The notes under the pieces: generated by a model | What the model saw: the letters and a program-made list of their open reading frames with translations, nothing else | What the model was told of the DNA's origin: nothing | Database searches by the model: none | Assembly (NCBI GenBank): GCA_038204955.1 | Contig: JBBRCJ010000008.1 | Span: 2,187 to 66,186 of the forward strand | DNA: 64,000 bases | Source: Flavobacteriales bacterium | Lineage (GTDB): Bacteria; Bacteroidota; Bacteroidia; Flavobacteriales; Flavobacteriaceae | Direction: 5' to 3' | Position numbers and translations under genes: made by a program | In this document: one piece after another, positions 21,912 through 32,028 of the stretch | Layout of the letters: each line of letters starts with the position of its first letter | Numbering within the stretch: position 1 is the stretch's first letter

Positions 21912-22093
21912 TACAATTTTATATTTTAGATTTCAGATTTCAGATTAAAAAGAGGTTCTTGATTCACACAATCTAAAATCAAAACTCTAAAATCTGAAAT
22001 TCTGTGGCAAATATCGAACTTTTTAAACTATTTAATAAATCTTATACTGAAAAATTGTAACAAAAAAACTAATTTTGAGTCTTATTAAAAACT

Positions 22094-23338
22094 ATGAAAG
22101 GAATTGTTAAAGAAAATATCAAAATTGCCTTTGGCTCAATTCGGACGCAATTGTTGCGAACTTCGTTGACTATATTAATTATTGCTATCGGAATTACTGC
22201 TTTGGTTGGTATTTTAACTGTAGTTTCCGCTTTAGACAATACGTTGAATTCTAATTTTGCTTCAATGGGTTCCAATACGTTTAGCATTGCGCAATACGAA
22301 TTTAAAACCCGAAATCAAGGCGGTGGTGAAATTGAAAAGATAAATCCAATCATTTCTTATCCAGAAGCAAAAGCTTATAAAGAGCGTTATACTTATCCGT
22401 TTACTCAAACATCTTTGTCTTTTACCGCAACAACTGGAGCAGAAGTCAAATTTGAAAATCAAAAAACAGATCCTGAAATTAATGTATTAGGAATTGATGA
22501 ATATTTTACTTCAAACTCGGGTTTAGAAGTAGTTCAAGGACGGACTTTAAACACTTTTGATGTTTCAAATAATGCCTATGTTTGTATAGTTGGAAACGAT
22601 TTTGTATCAAAAGGATTGCTAAAAGATGTAAATCCGTTGGGTAAAATGTTATCGATTCGTGGTGCAAAATTTAAAGTAATTGGCGTTTTAAAAGCTAAAG
22701 GCTCCACGTTTGGAAAAAGCCAAGATTTACGAGTTTTGATACCAATTCAAGTAGCGAGATCTTTATTTTCAGCGCCAAATATAAACTATACTGTGAGCTC
22801 GATGGTTAGCAAAAAAGAATTATTGGATGCTGCAGTTGATAATGCCTTAATAACAATGCGTCAAGTGCGACGCTTAAATCCTGTGGAAGAAAGTAATTTT
22901 GGAGTTTCACGTAGTGACGATTTGGTAAACCGAATTGCAAGTATAACTGGTGTTTTAGGCTTGTCGGCTTGGGTAATTGGAATAATTACCATTTTAGGTT
23001 CGTCAATTGCATTAATGAACATTATGATTGTTTCGGTAACCGAAAGAACACGAGAAATTGGCGTTCGAAAATCGCTTGGAGCAACCCGAAGAACGATTGC
23101 TTGGCAATTTTTTATGGAAACATTAATTATAGGTCAGTTGGGCGGTTTGGTCGGAATTATTTTTGGAGTTTTATTGGGCTATGTAATATCAATAGCATTG
23201 AAATTTGGCTTTGTAATTCCTTGGATGGCAATATTTGCAGCAGTTATAACCAGTTTTATAGTAGCTTTGGTTTCTGGTTCTTATCCTGCAATTAAGGCTT
23301 CAAAGCTGGACCCTATTGAGGCTTTGCGCTATGAATAA
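22094..23338 (+). CDS. ABC transporter permease (MacB/FtsX-like)
   Basis: 414 aa with an N-terminal TM, a large periplasmic MacB_PCD-like domain and a C-terminal FtsX 3-TM domain (REIGVRKSLGA). Confidence 0.85.
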   Translation: MKGIVKENIKIAFGSIRTQLLRTSLTILIIAIGITALVGILTVVSALDNTLNSNFASMGSNTFSIAQYEFKTRNQGGGEIEKINPIISYPEAKAYKERYTYPFTQTSLSFTATTGAEVKFENQKTDPEINVLGIDEYFTSNSGLEVVQGRTLNTFDVSNNAYVCIVGNDFVSKGLLKDVNPLGKMLSIRGAKFKVIGVLKAKGSTFGKSQDLRVLIPIQVARSLFSAPNINYTVSSMVSKKELLDAAVDNALITMRQVRRLNPVEESNFGVSRSDDLVNRIASITGVLGLSAWVIGIITILGSSIALMNIMIVSVTERTREIGVRKSLGATRRTIAWQFFMETLIIGQLGGLVGIIFGVLLGYVISIALKFGFVIPWMAIFAAVITSFIVALVSGSYPAIKASKLDPIEALRYE

Positions 23339-23352
23339 TGTTTTTTAGATTA

Positions 23353-24201
23353 TTATAAATTACAACAAATCATCCTGTCATTTCCATAAATATCTTTGTG
23401 AAGTTGGATGTTTTTGAAGTCTAAATTTTCTAATAATGCAACCGTTTCTTTACCTAAATATTGATTGATTTCAAAAAACAATTGTCCGTTTTGGGTCAGA
23501 TTAATTTTGGCTAATTCGGCAATTTTTCTGTAAAACAAAAGTGCATCGGTATCGTCAACAAAAAGTGCCAAATGCGGTTCGTAATCTAAAACATTTTTAT
23601 TAATCTCACTTTTTTCTAAATTGCGAACATAAGGCGGATTAGAAACTATAAAGTCAAATTGCTGATTCAAGTTAACCGTTTCCAAGATACTTTGATGTAA
23701 AAAAATCACTTTTACAGCATTCAATTTTGCATTTTTTTGAGCCATTTCAATCGCTTTTTCAGAAACATCTAACGCAAAAACTTGGGCTTTAGGAAGATTT
23801 TTTGCTAATGAAATCGCAATACAACCCGAACCTGTTCCAATATCTATTATCTTTAAGTCATTAAATTTTTCTGTATCTGAACCTAAAATTAATGCTACCA
23901 ATTCTTCCGTTTCGGGTCTCGGAATTAAAGTGTTTTCATTTACTTCAAATTTTAAATCGTAAAAATAAGTTTCTCCTAAAATGTATTGAATTGGTTTTTG
24001 GGTTTTTAATTCTTCAATAATAGCATTCCATTTATTCAATTTTTCATCTGACAATTCCAAATCAGGTTGCACCGCCAAATCAATTCTTTTTAAATGATGC
24101 AAATGTTCTAAAATTATATAAAAAAAACTTTCCGCTTCCATTTCGTCAAAAAACGGAGTGATTTCAGATATAAAATAGGATTTGTAGTTTTTGATTTTCA
24201 T
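23353..24201 (-). CDS. prmC: release factor glutamine N5-methyltransferase
   Basis: 282 aa with DIGTGSGCIA (SAM motif) and the VSNPPYV (NPPY) motif. Confidence 0.9.
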   Translation of the reverse strand: MKIKNYKSYFISEITPFFDEMEAESFFYIILEHLHHLKRIDLAVQPDLELSDEKLNKWNAIIEELKTQKPIQYILGETYFYDLKFEVNENTLIPRPETEELVALILGSDTEKFNDLKIIDIGTGSGCIAISLAKNLPKAQVFALDVSEKAIEMAQKNAKLNAVKVIFLHQSILETVNLNQQFDFIVSNPPYVRNLEKSEINKNVLDYEPHLALFVDDTDALLFYRKIAELAKINLTQNGQLFFEINQYLGKETVALLENLDFKNIQLHKDIYGNDRMICCNL

Positions 24202-24225
24202 TTTAAATAGAGTATTTCCCGACTG

Positions 24226-24726
24226 TTAAGCTCCTCCTTCGGAGAGGTTGGTTAGGCTCTTCAACATCCAAATTGGACAAGTTGAATGACCTGTGTTCCC
24301 TTTAGGTTGGTCAAGATATTCAAAACCCACTTTTTTGTATAATTTTTGGGCATCAGTCATTTCGGGTAAAGTCTCTAAATAAATGCTTTCGTAACCGAAT
24401 TCAATGGCTTTTTGCAAACACAATTTCATCATTTTAAATCCCATTCCTAAACCTCGGGCTTCTGGTAAAAAGTACATTTTTTGCAATTCACAAATATTTT
24501 CTGTCGAATTATCTAATTGGGCAATGCCGCAACCACCAATAATTTGACCTTTATTTTCAACCACAAAATAAATCGCTCGTGCTACAGTATAAACTTCAAA
24601 CAGTGCATCTAAATGAATATCTGCGAAAGCAGTTCCTGTTTTGGGCAGTTCATTATCTATAAAAACCTGTCGGATGACTTTAGCAATTTCGGCATTATCG
24701 TTGGGTTGTAGTTCTCGAAGTATCAT
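24226..24726 (-). CDS. GNAT family N-acetyltransferase
   Basis: 166 aa with an acetyl-CoA motif (ARGLGMGFKMM). Confidence 0.8.
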   Translation of the reverse strand: MILRELQPNDNAEIAKVIRQVFIDNELPKTGTAFADIHLDALFEVYTVARAIYFVVENKGQIIGGCGIAQLDNSTENICELQKMYFLPEARGLGMGFKMMKLCLQKAIEFGYESIYLETLPEMTDAQKLYKKVGFEYLDQPKGNTGHSTCPIWMLKSLTNLSEGGA

Positions 24727-24765
24727 AAATTAAAATTGTAAACACAAAAGTAGTATTTTTGTAGT

Positions 24766-25830
24766 ATGAATCAACACGAATTTTATATAAAACGATGTCT
24801 CGAATTGGCTAAAAATGGTTTGCCATTTGCAATGCCAAATCCGTCGGTTGGAGCAGTTGTTGTTGTTGAAGATACCATTATTGGCGAAGGATTTACATCC
24901 TCTTACGGAGGAAATCACGCAGAAGTAAATGCTATAAATTCAATAAAAGATAAATCATTACTTTTAAATTCAACACTTTATGTTAGCTTAGAACCTTGTT
25001 CACATTTCGGAAAAACACCGCCTTGTGCCGATTTAATTGTGAAACATAAAATTCCGAATGTTGTAATTGGAACGCTTGATAGTAACGAAAAAGTATCTGG
25101 TAACGGAGTAAAAAAATTGCAAGAAGCAGGAATAAATGTAACAATAGGGATTTTAGAAAAAGAGTGTTTCAATTTGAACAAACGATTTTTCACCTTTCAC
25201 AATAAAAAGCGACCTTATATAATTTTAAAATGGGCGGAAAGTTTCGACGGATTTATTGCTCCTTTTCGGCAAAATACTAAGGAACAAAAATTTGATGATA
25301 AAAAATCAATTTCAATTTCAAATGAATTTTCAAGACAAGTAGTTCATAAATGGCGCAGTGAAGAGCAAGCCATTTTAGTTGGAACAACAACCGTTTTAAA
25401 TGACAATCCGAAATTGAATGTTAGAGATTGGACCGGTAAAAATCCAATTCGAGTAGTTATAGATAAATCTGGAAAAATTACACCTCAATATTATGTAAAA
25501 GACGAATCGGTAAAAACCATTGTAATTACGGAGCAAGAAAATGTAACTTCGACAAAGAATTTAATTTTCGAAAAAAGTATTTTTGATTTACATCTAGTAA
25601 ATTCTATTTGTGAAATTTTGTACAAGCATGAAATTCAATCGGTTTTAATTGAAGGAGGAACAAAAACACTGCAAAGCTTTATTGACGCCAATTTGTGGGA
25701 CGAAGCACGAATTTTTAAGAGTGATTCGCTTTTAGGTTTCGGGATAAAATCACCTCAAATTGAACCTGAATGCACAACACGAAAGGATATTTTAAATGAC
25801 AAACTACTAACACTTTTCAATTATGATTAA
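24766..25830 (+). CDS. ribD: bifunctional riboflavin biosynthesis deaminase/reductase
   Basis: 354 aa with the CMP/dCMP deaminase zinc motifs HAEVNA and PCSHFGKTPPC, then a RibD_C reductase domain. Confidence 0.9.
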   Translation: MNQHEFYIKRCLELAKNGLPFAMPNPSVGAVVVVEDTIIGEGFTSSYGGNHAEVNAINSIKDKSLLLNSTLYVSLEPCSHFGKTPPCADLIVKHKIPNVVIGTLDSNEKVSGNGVKKLQEAGINVTIGILEKECFNLNKRFFTFHNKKRPYIILKWAESFDGFIAPFRQNTKEQKFDDKKSISISNEFSRQVVHKWRSEEQAILVGTTTVLNDNPKLNVRDWTGKNPIRVVIDKSGKITPQYYVKDESVKTIVITEQENVTSTKNLIFEKSIFDLHLVNSICEILYKHEIQSVLIEGGTKTLQSFIDANLWDEARIFKSDSLLGFGIKSPQIEPECTTRKDILNDKLLTLFNYD

Positions 25831-26419
25831 TACTATTATTTTTGACTTTGGCGATATTTTTATCAATTTAGATAAAGAAAATTCTCGAAATGCTTTTGCT
25901 AAATTAGGTTTGACCGAAATGAAGGAAGACTTGTTATTGCAAAACGATTTGTATGAAAAAGGACAAATTTCTGAAGATGTTTTTTTAAAATCATTTCAAA
26001 AACAAATTCCAAATGCTACACTTTTAGAAATTAAAGAAGCTTGGAATGCAATTATTGGTGACTTTCCATTAGATAGATTGGAATTTTTACAATTACTTTC
26101 TGAAAAATACAAACTTTTTTTATTAACCAATACTGACAAAACGCATATTCAATTTTTTGAAGATAAAGTTGGCGTTTCTTTTTATTCGGCTTTTTATCAA
26201 TGTTTTGAAAAAGTGTACTACTCGTTTGAAATGAGAATGCGAAAACCTGATACTGCTATTTATTCTAAAATAATTTCGAATCATAATTTGAATCCAAAAA
26301 ATACATTATTTGTTGATGATAAGCTAGAAAATACGGAGTCGGCAAAATCACTCGGGCTTCAAGTTTGGAATTTACAAGTTGGTTTAGAAGACATTACACA
26401 ATTGCTTGAAAAAATTTAA
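25823..26419 (+). CDS. HAD-family phosphatase
   Basis: 198 aa with the DFGD(I) motif I variant, LLTNT motif II and a FVDD motif. It overlaps the ribD stop by 8 nt. Confidence 0.75.
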   Translation: MINTIIFDFGDIFINLDKENSRNAFAKLGLTEMKEDLLLQNDLYEKGQISEDVFLKSFQKQIPNATLLEIKEAWNAIIGDFPLDRLEFLQLLSEKYKLFLLTNTDKTHIQFFEDKVGVSFYSAFYQCFEKVYYSFEMRMRKPDTAIYSKIISNHNLNPKNTLFVDDKLENTESAKSLGLQVWNLQVGLEDITQLLEKI

Positions 26420-26538
26420 GATTACTTTGCCGTTGCAATAAATTTCTAAAGAGCTAACAAAGAATCTTTTATTTTTACAACATTAAACTTTTAAAAATCG
26501 ACTCCTATAAAACCATAGCATTTCAAACCGAAGAAATT

Positions 26539-27099
26539 TTGTTTAAAGAAAAGAACAGTAAGTTTTTCGCTACTGCTATTCCAGTAACATCAGAAGAGGA
26601 AATAAAACAAAATTTAGAAACGTTACGAAAAAAACATTTTGGAGCGGGACATTTTTGTTATGGATACCAAATTGGGACTGAAAAAATCACTTTTCGAGCA
26701 AATGATGATGGCGAGCCAAACAACTCGGCTGGCACCCCAATTTATGGACAAATACAATCGTTTGGGTTAACTAATGTTTTGGTAGTAGTAATTCGCTATT
26801 TTGGTGGAACAAAGCTTGGTGTAGGTGGATTAATTGCTGCTTATAAAACTTCGGCACAACTTGCATTAGAAACTGCCCAAATTATTGAAAAAACAATAAA
26901 CATAAATTTTGCTTTAACTTTTGATTATAAAAATATGAATAAAGTGATGCGAATTATCAAAGAAAAAAACATCGAAATTGAATCTCAAAAATTAGATTTA
27001 AATTGCGAAATTGAAATTACAATTCGAAAAAAAAATGCCGAAATAATTTTCGACATTTTCAATGGTTTTTTTGAAGTAGAAATTAAAAAAATCAACTAA
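26539..27099 (+). CDS. YigZ/IMPACT family protein
   Basis: 186 aa from a TTG start, with SKF.A and GEPxxSAG motifs. The frame is open back to 26458, and the upstream residues KIDSYKTIAFQTEEI look like genuine N-terminus without an ATG. Confidence 0.75.
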   Translation: MFKEKNSKFFATAIPVTSEEEIKQNLETLRKKHFGAGHFCYGYQIGTEKITFRANDDGEPNNSAGTPIYGQIQSFGLTNVLVVVIRYFGGTKLGVGGLIAAYKTSAQLALETAQIIEKTININFALTFDYKNMNKVMRIIKEKNIEIESQKLDLNCEIEITIRKKNAEIIFDIFNGFFEVEIKKIN

Positions 27100-27509
27100 C
27101 TATTTTGCTCCATAATTTTTAAAATATAATCGGGTGGAGAAATTGGTTTTCCCGTATTTGCATCTACAAAAACCAATATAAAACTGGCATTTGTTAATAA
27201 CTCTTCATTTTGATTTCGTATTTCACATTCAAATTCTATTTTTACACCACTATGACTTTTAAGTTTTGTGTTAACAATTAATTCATCATCATACCGTGCA
27301 GGTTTTTTATAATTGATGTTCATATTTACTATGGGTAAGGCAATTCCATTATCTTCTAATGATTTGTACGAAATACCCTTGCTACGAAGCCATTCTACCC
27401 TACTTATCTCAAAATAAGGAATATAACTTCCATGATAAACCACCCGCATTTGGTCAGTTTCTGAATAACGTACTCGTAAATGAACATCGTGTCCTTTTAA
27501 ATCTTTCAT
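27096..27509 (-). CDS. acyl-CoA thioesterase, 4HBT/YbgC family
   Basis: 137 aa with the VRYSETDQMRVVYHGSY hotdog-fold signature. Confidence 0.85.
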   Translation of the reverse strand: MKDLKGHDVHLRVRYSETDQMRVVYHGSYIPYFEISRVEWLRSKGISYKSLEDNGIALPIVNMNINYKKPARYDDELIVNTKLKSHSGVKIEFECEIRNQNEELLTNASFILVFVDANTGKPISPPDYILKIMEQNS

Positions 27510-27715
27510 TAAATTAGTTTTATTAAATTGTTATTTTATCAATAGTATTTATTAAATTTGTGTTAGCACTTACAACAAAATTTATTAAAATTCAATAGTA
27601 AAATACTTTTTTTATTGAAAATTTGTTCACATATTTGTAATCTCGAATTGAATGAGAATTATCCCTCGTTTTTTTGGTCTAAAAATAATAATAATTCAAA
27701 AATTTTAAAGCATCT

Positions 27716-29143
27716 ATGTCTAAAACTGCGCAATCAGTCTGGGAAAATTGTCTCTCATTTATTAAAGACAATATTCAAGATCAAGCCTACAAAACTTGGT
27801 TCGAACCTATCAAATCGGTAGAATTAACAGACAATGCGTTATACATTCAAGTGCCAAGTAAATTTTTTTACGAATGGCTTGAAGAACATTATGTTAAATT
27901 ATTAAAATCGGCATTAACTAAAGAACTTGGTGATTCGGCAAAGTTACTCTATAAAATTAAAATGGAGAACACCTATGGGAATAAACTTCCTTTTACTGAA
28001 CAATTACCTAGCAACAACCGAAGCCCTATTAAATCGCAAGAAGTTGATGCGCCTTATAAAAACCTAAACCCTGAATTAAAAAATCCATTTGTAATACCTG
28101 GAATTCGAAATTTAAAAATCGAATCACAATTAAATCCAAATTACAGTTTTGATAATTTTTTAGAGGGCGATTCCAATCGCTTGGCACGTTCTGCAGGAAT
28201 GGCAGTTGCCAATAAACCAGGTGGAACTTCATTTAATCCGTTATTAATATTTGGTGGCGTTGGTTTAGGAAAAACCCATTTAGCGCACTCCATTGGTGTT
28301 GAAATTAAAGATAAATATCCAGAAAAAACCGTATTGTACATTTCTGCTGAAATTTTTACACAACAATATATAGATTCTGTAAAACAAAATAATCGAAATG
28401 ATTTTATACATTTTTATCAATTAATTGATGTTTTAATTATTGATGATGTACAGTTTTTTTCAGGAAAAACTGGGACTCAAGATGTATTTTTTCATATTTT
28501 TAATTACTTACACCAAAATGGTAAACAAGTAATTTTAACATCAGATAAAGCTCCTGTTGATATGCAAGATATCGAACAACGCTTATTATCTCGTTTCAAA
28601 TGGGGTTTGTCTGCCGAATTGCATCAGCCAGATTATGAAACTCGAATTGCTATTTTAAAAAATATTCTTTATCGTGATGGTGTTGAAATGCCAGATGACA
28701 TTATTGAATATGTAGCTCAAAACATAAAGTCAAATGTTCGTGAATTAATGGGAGCCATTATTTCATTAATCGCTCAATCTTCATTTAATAAAAAGGAAGT
28801 TACCATTGATTTGGCGAAAAGCGTGGTTGAAAAATTTGTAAAAAATGTAAAACGTGAAGTTTCAATTGAATACATTCAAAAAGTAGTTTCTGATTATTTT
28901 CAAGTTGATTTAGATGTTTTACAGTCCAAAACTAGAAAACGTCACATTGTTCAAGCGCGACAATTGGCTATGTTTTTTGCTAAGAAATTTACCAAGGCTT
29001 CGTTGGCAAATATTGGTTCGCAAATTGGCGACAGGGATCACGCAACAGTACTTCATGCTTGCAAAACAGTTGATAACCTAGTAGCTACCGACAAGCAATT
29101 TAAGAAATATGTAGAAGATATTCACAAGAAGTTGTCTTTGTAA
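27716..29143 (+). CDS. dnaA: chromosomal replication initiator protein
   Basis: 475 aa with Walker A GGVGLGKTHL, a DDVQF Walker B, sensor motifs and a C-terminal DNA-binding domain (DHATVLHA). Confidence 0.96.
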   Translation: MSKTAQSVWENCLSFIKDNIQDQAYKTWFEPIKSVELTDNALYIQVPSKFFYEWLEEHYVKLLKSALTKELGDSAKLLYKIKMENTYGNKLPFTEQLPSNNRSPIKSQEVDAPYKNLNPELKNPFVIPGIRNLKIESQLNPNYSFDNFLEGDSNRLARSAGMAVANKPGGTSFNPLLIFGGVGLGKTHLAHSIGVEIKDKYPEKTVLYISAEIFTQQYIDSVKQNNRNDFIHFYQLIDVLIIDDVQFFSGKTGTQDVFFHIFNYLHQNGKQVILTSDKAPVDMQDIEQRLLSRFKWGLSAELHQPDYETRIAILKNILYRDGVEMPDDIIEYVAQNIKSNVRELMGAIISLIAQSSFNKKEVTIDLAKSVVEKFVKNVKREVSIEYIQKVVSDYFQVDLDVLQSKTRKRHIVQARQLAMFFAKKFTKASLANIGSQIGDRDHATVLHACKTVDNLVATDKQFKKYVEDIHKKLSL

Positions 29144-29153
29144 TACTTAAATT

Positions 29154-29621
29154 ATGCCTGTTAACATTTTAATGGTTTGTTTAGGAAACATCTGCCGATC
29201 TCCCTTAGCAGAAGGAATTTTAACAGCCAAACTTCCAAAAGATTCCTTTTTTGTAGATTCTGCCGGAACTGGTAATTGGCACATTGGTAGTCAACCAGAT
29301 GAACGATCCATTATAGTTGCAAAAAATAATGGAATAGATATTTCAAACCAAAAATGCCGTCAATTTACCACTTCCGATTTTGAAAATTTTGATTACATTT
29401 TTGTAATGGATGAATCTAATTATAACGATGTGACTTTTTTATCAAAAAATGAAAATCAGAAAAGTAAAGTACACTTTATTTTAAACGACTTGTTCCCAAA
29501 TAAAAAAGTTGCAGTTCCTGATCCCTATTTTGGAGTACAAAATGGATTTGAAATAGTGTTTAAAATGCTTGATGAATCTTGCACTATTTTAGCCGAAAAA
29601 TTAATTAAACAACATGTCTAA
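29154..29621 (+). CDS. low-molecular-weight protein tyrosine phosphatase
   Basis: 155 aa with a CLGNICRSP (CX5R-S) P-loop and a downstream DPY motif. Confidence 0.9.
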   Translation: MPVNILMVCLGNICRSPLAEGILTAKLPKDSFFVDSAGTGNWHIGSQPDERSIIVAKNNGIDISNQKCRQFTTSDFENFDYIFVMDESNYNDVTFLSKNENQKSKVHFILNDLFPNKKVAVPDPYFGVQNGFEIVFKMLDESCTILAEKLIKQHV

Positions 29622-29624
29622 TTT

Positions 29625-30341
29625 ATGAAACCTAAAGGAAAGCTATATTTGATTCCCGTAACTATGGGCGAATGCGAACCTATGGATGTTTTGGCACAAA
29701 CGATTCCAAGGGCAATCGAATTGATTCAAAATTACATAGTAGAAAATGAAAAAACGGCTCGAAAATTTATTAAAAGTGTTGTTCCAAACAAAATTCAGGC
29801 CGATTTAATTTTAAGTTCGTTGAATAAACATACCGAGGTTAATGAACACAACAAAATGATACAGCCTTGTTTAGAAGGAATAAATGTTGGACTAATGAGT
29901 GAAGCAGGTTGCCCAGGAGTGGCTGATCCTGGAGCAGTAATAGTAAAATTGGCACATGAAAAAGGAATTCAAGTAGTTCCGTTAGTAGGTCCAAGTTCTA
30001 TTTTAATGGCAATGATGGCGAGTGGAATGAACGGACAAAGTTTTGCTTTTAATGGCTATCTTCCGATAGATAAATTGGATAAAAAAATAGCTTTGAAAAA
30101 CTATGAGAAATTATCGCAGGATAAGAATCAATCACAATTGTTTATTGAAACACCTTATCGAAACAATAAGTTAGTAGAAGATTTGCTTCAAACTTTGCAA
30201 CCAAATACACATTTATGTATTGCAACTGATATTTCATTACCTACTGAATTTATAAAAACTATGCGTATTACGGAATGGAAAAAGAACAGTATTGATCTTC
30301 ACAATCGACCTACTATTTTTATTGTACACAAATTTTCGTAG
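29625..30341 (+). CDS. SAM-dependent methyltransferase, tetrapyrrole-methylase fold (RsmI-like)
   Basis: 238 aa with the SEAGCPGVADPG motif typical of TP_methylase/RsmI-like proteins. Confidence 0.7.
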   Translation: MKPKGKLYLIPVTMGECEPMDVLAQTIPRAIELIQNYIVENEKTARKFIKSVVPNKIQADLILSSLNKHTEVNEHNKMIQPCLEGINVGLMSEAGCPGVADPGAVIVKLAHEKGIQVVPLVGPSSILMAMMASGMNGQSFAFNGYLPIDKLDKKIALKNYEKLSQDKNQSQLFIETPYRNNKLVEDLLQTLQPNTHLCIATDISLPTEFIKTMRITEWKKNSIDLHNRPTIFIVHKFS

Positions 30342-30346
30342 TAAAT

Positions 30347-30979
30347 TTAAACTCGGGCGTTGCTTTTAGCCACAATATTTTGTGTTTCATAACCTCCAAA
30401 ATCTTTTAAATAAGTTTTTACAGAGCATCCATAAGCATCTTTAATTTTTCTGGTCCCGTTTGATTTTAAATATTTACGGATAGAACCTGCACCACCTAAA
30501 TGAGCAGCTGCCAAAATACCTGATTCAGTTACTCGAACTCCATCAATTATTTTACCACGAAATTCTTTAATTTCATCACGAAGTTCCCATTTATTTCTTG
30601 ATAATAAAGCAATAAAAGCTCTTTCTTGTAATTTTGGGCTGTTCATAAAAATTAAAGTATCTTTAATTCCTAATGCTTTTAAAGCCGATTTTCCAAATTG
30701 GTATTTTCCCATATATCCTAATGAGTTTACCAACTTGTACTGCCCTTGCGATTCTTTAAATCCAACGGCTTCTTTAAATCCTATAAAAAATTTAGCTGTA
30801 AAAGGTAGTTTTATGTTAACATAGTCGTCAGGTTTTTCTGAGGGAAATTGATAGACATATTCGGATTTTTCATCTAAATAAAACCAAGGATGATTCTCGG
30901 AGTTCAAAGGTTTAAAAGCAGTACTTACAAACCCTACTATCAATACAATACCTGTGTAAAACGACCATTTTTTTAACAT
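30347..30979 (-). CDS. conserved hypothetical membrane-anchored protein (possibly cell-wall associated)
   Basis: 210 aa with an N-terminal TM and the motifs GYMGKYQFGKSAL and ESGILAAAHLGGAG. The function is not established. Confidence 0.5.
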   Translation of the reverse strand: MLKKWSFYTGIVLIVGFVSTAFKPLNSENHPWFYLDEKSEYVYQFPSEKPDDYVNIKLPFTAKFFIGFKEAVGFKESQGQYKLVNSLGYMGKYQFGKSALKALGIKDTLIFMNSPKLQERAFIALLSRNKWELRDEIKEFRGKIIDGVRVTESGILAAAHLGGAGSIRKYLKSNGTRKIKDAYGCSVKTYLKDFGGYETQNIVAKSNARV

Positions 30980-31077
30980 AAAAATTTATTTCTCAAGCCC
31001 TGTCACCATCTTGAAGTTAGTGGTGCAAAGATACGACACAAATCGATTTAACCTGAAAATCAATACGTTAAAATTAT

Positions 31078-32028
31078 CTAAAAATAAATAATATGAAATT
31101 TGGCTGCTCCTCGACCATTGATTTCAAAGGTTGGAGCAGGAATTTTTAAAGTATTAAAAATTGAAAAAATAGTTTTTAAAGTGTTATTTTTTGTAGGAAT
31201 TTTTCTTAAATCAACATCAAAACTAAAATAAAATTGGCTTGTTCTTTGCTTTTCAGGGAAGAAAGTGGTGTTTACTAATTCGTCATTTGGCGTTATCATT
31301 CCTTCGGCTCCATAACCAACTGCAACATTCAACCATTTAGGGATTTTTGATTGCTTAAAAAAAGAAAACAAGTTGCCTGATAGCCAGTAAGTTTGCCCGT
31401 TATAATCTTTAAAAATTTGATTTGGATAAGAACTTCCTAAAACACTTGGATTTAAAGTAGCGTATGGCGAAGCGTGAAATGAAAATTTTGGAACAATTCG
31501 TTGCTCTTTCCACAATAACTCTTGCGATACATAAAGAGCTGTTCCGCCAGCATTAGCAGCAATATCGCCCCACGAAAAACCATTTTGAGAATTATATCCG
31601 TCAAATAAATCAACTGTTGACAAAAAAGCAAAACCTAAAGTGGATCCATAAATCAATTGACTTTTTTTACTTACACCCGACCAGTTTAGCACTTCTGCGC
31701 CAGCACGACCAATTTGATATGATGAAAATAAGTGTGCAACTTTGTCCATTTGCAACCACTCGGCATTGTTGTTAACAATTCTAAAATTTGATTTTGGATA
31801 ATTACCATTCCAAAACTGATTCAATCCAATAAACGAAACAGTTGCCAATACCGATTCAGAGATAATTAAAGCTACTCTTCTGTCTTTATTTAAAGTATCG
31901 GCTGGTTTTAAAAAAGCATTAAAACTAGACTGAGAAAATCCAACGTTTAGAATAAAACAAAAAAAGAATATGATTTTTAGATTTTTCAATATTTGTAATT
32001 TTAAATTATCTATTTGTACCACGTGCAT
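31078..32028 (-). CDS. DUF2279 (YfiM-like) outer-membrane lipoprotein family
   Basis: 316 aa with DKVAHLFSSYQIG and WGDIAANAGG motifs. The start is uncertain because it overlaps the mltG 3' end. Confidence 0.65.
   Translation of the reverse strand: MHVVQIDNLKLQILKNLKIIFFFCFILNVGFSQSSFNAFLKPADTLNKDRRVALIISESVLATVSFIGLNQFWNGNYPKSNFRIVNNNAEWLQMDKVAHLFSSYQIGRAGAEVLNWSGVSKKSQLIYGSTLGFAFLSTVDLFDGYNSQNGFSWGDIAANAGGTALYVSQELLWKEQRIVPKFSFHASPYATLNPSVLGSSYPNQIFKDYNGQTYWLSGNLFSFFKQSKIPKWLNVAVGYGAEGMITPNDELVNTTFFPEKQRTSQFYFSFDVDLRKIPTKNNTLKTIFSIFNTLKIPAPTFEINGRGAAKFHIIYF

Noticed and set aside
21912-22093. CAGATTTCAGATTTCAGATT ... AAAATCTGAAAT inverted low-complexity repeats between hisS and the ABC permease gene. 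A similar CTGAAAACTGA run lies at 33690-33740.
   Set aside because: These are short simple-sequence motifs of a kind common in flavobacterial intergenic DNA. No conserved structure or second matching copy gives them specific meaning.
27510-27715. Possible oriC or DnaA-box cluster in the 206-bp spacer upstream of dnaA.
   Set aside because: The best matches to TTATCCACA have two or more mismatches (TTGTTCACA, TTATCCCTC). I saw no cluster of boxes and no distinct AT-rich 13-mer array above the generally AT-rich background. In Bacteroidota oriC is often not next to dnaA, so a GC-skew or DoriC-type analysis of the whole genome would be needed.
27615-27821. 68-aa ORF overlapping the dnaA start.
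   Set aside because: It is in a different frame from the strongly supported dnaA ORF, starts at TTG, and has low-complexity composition.
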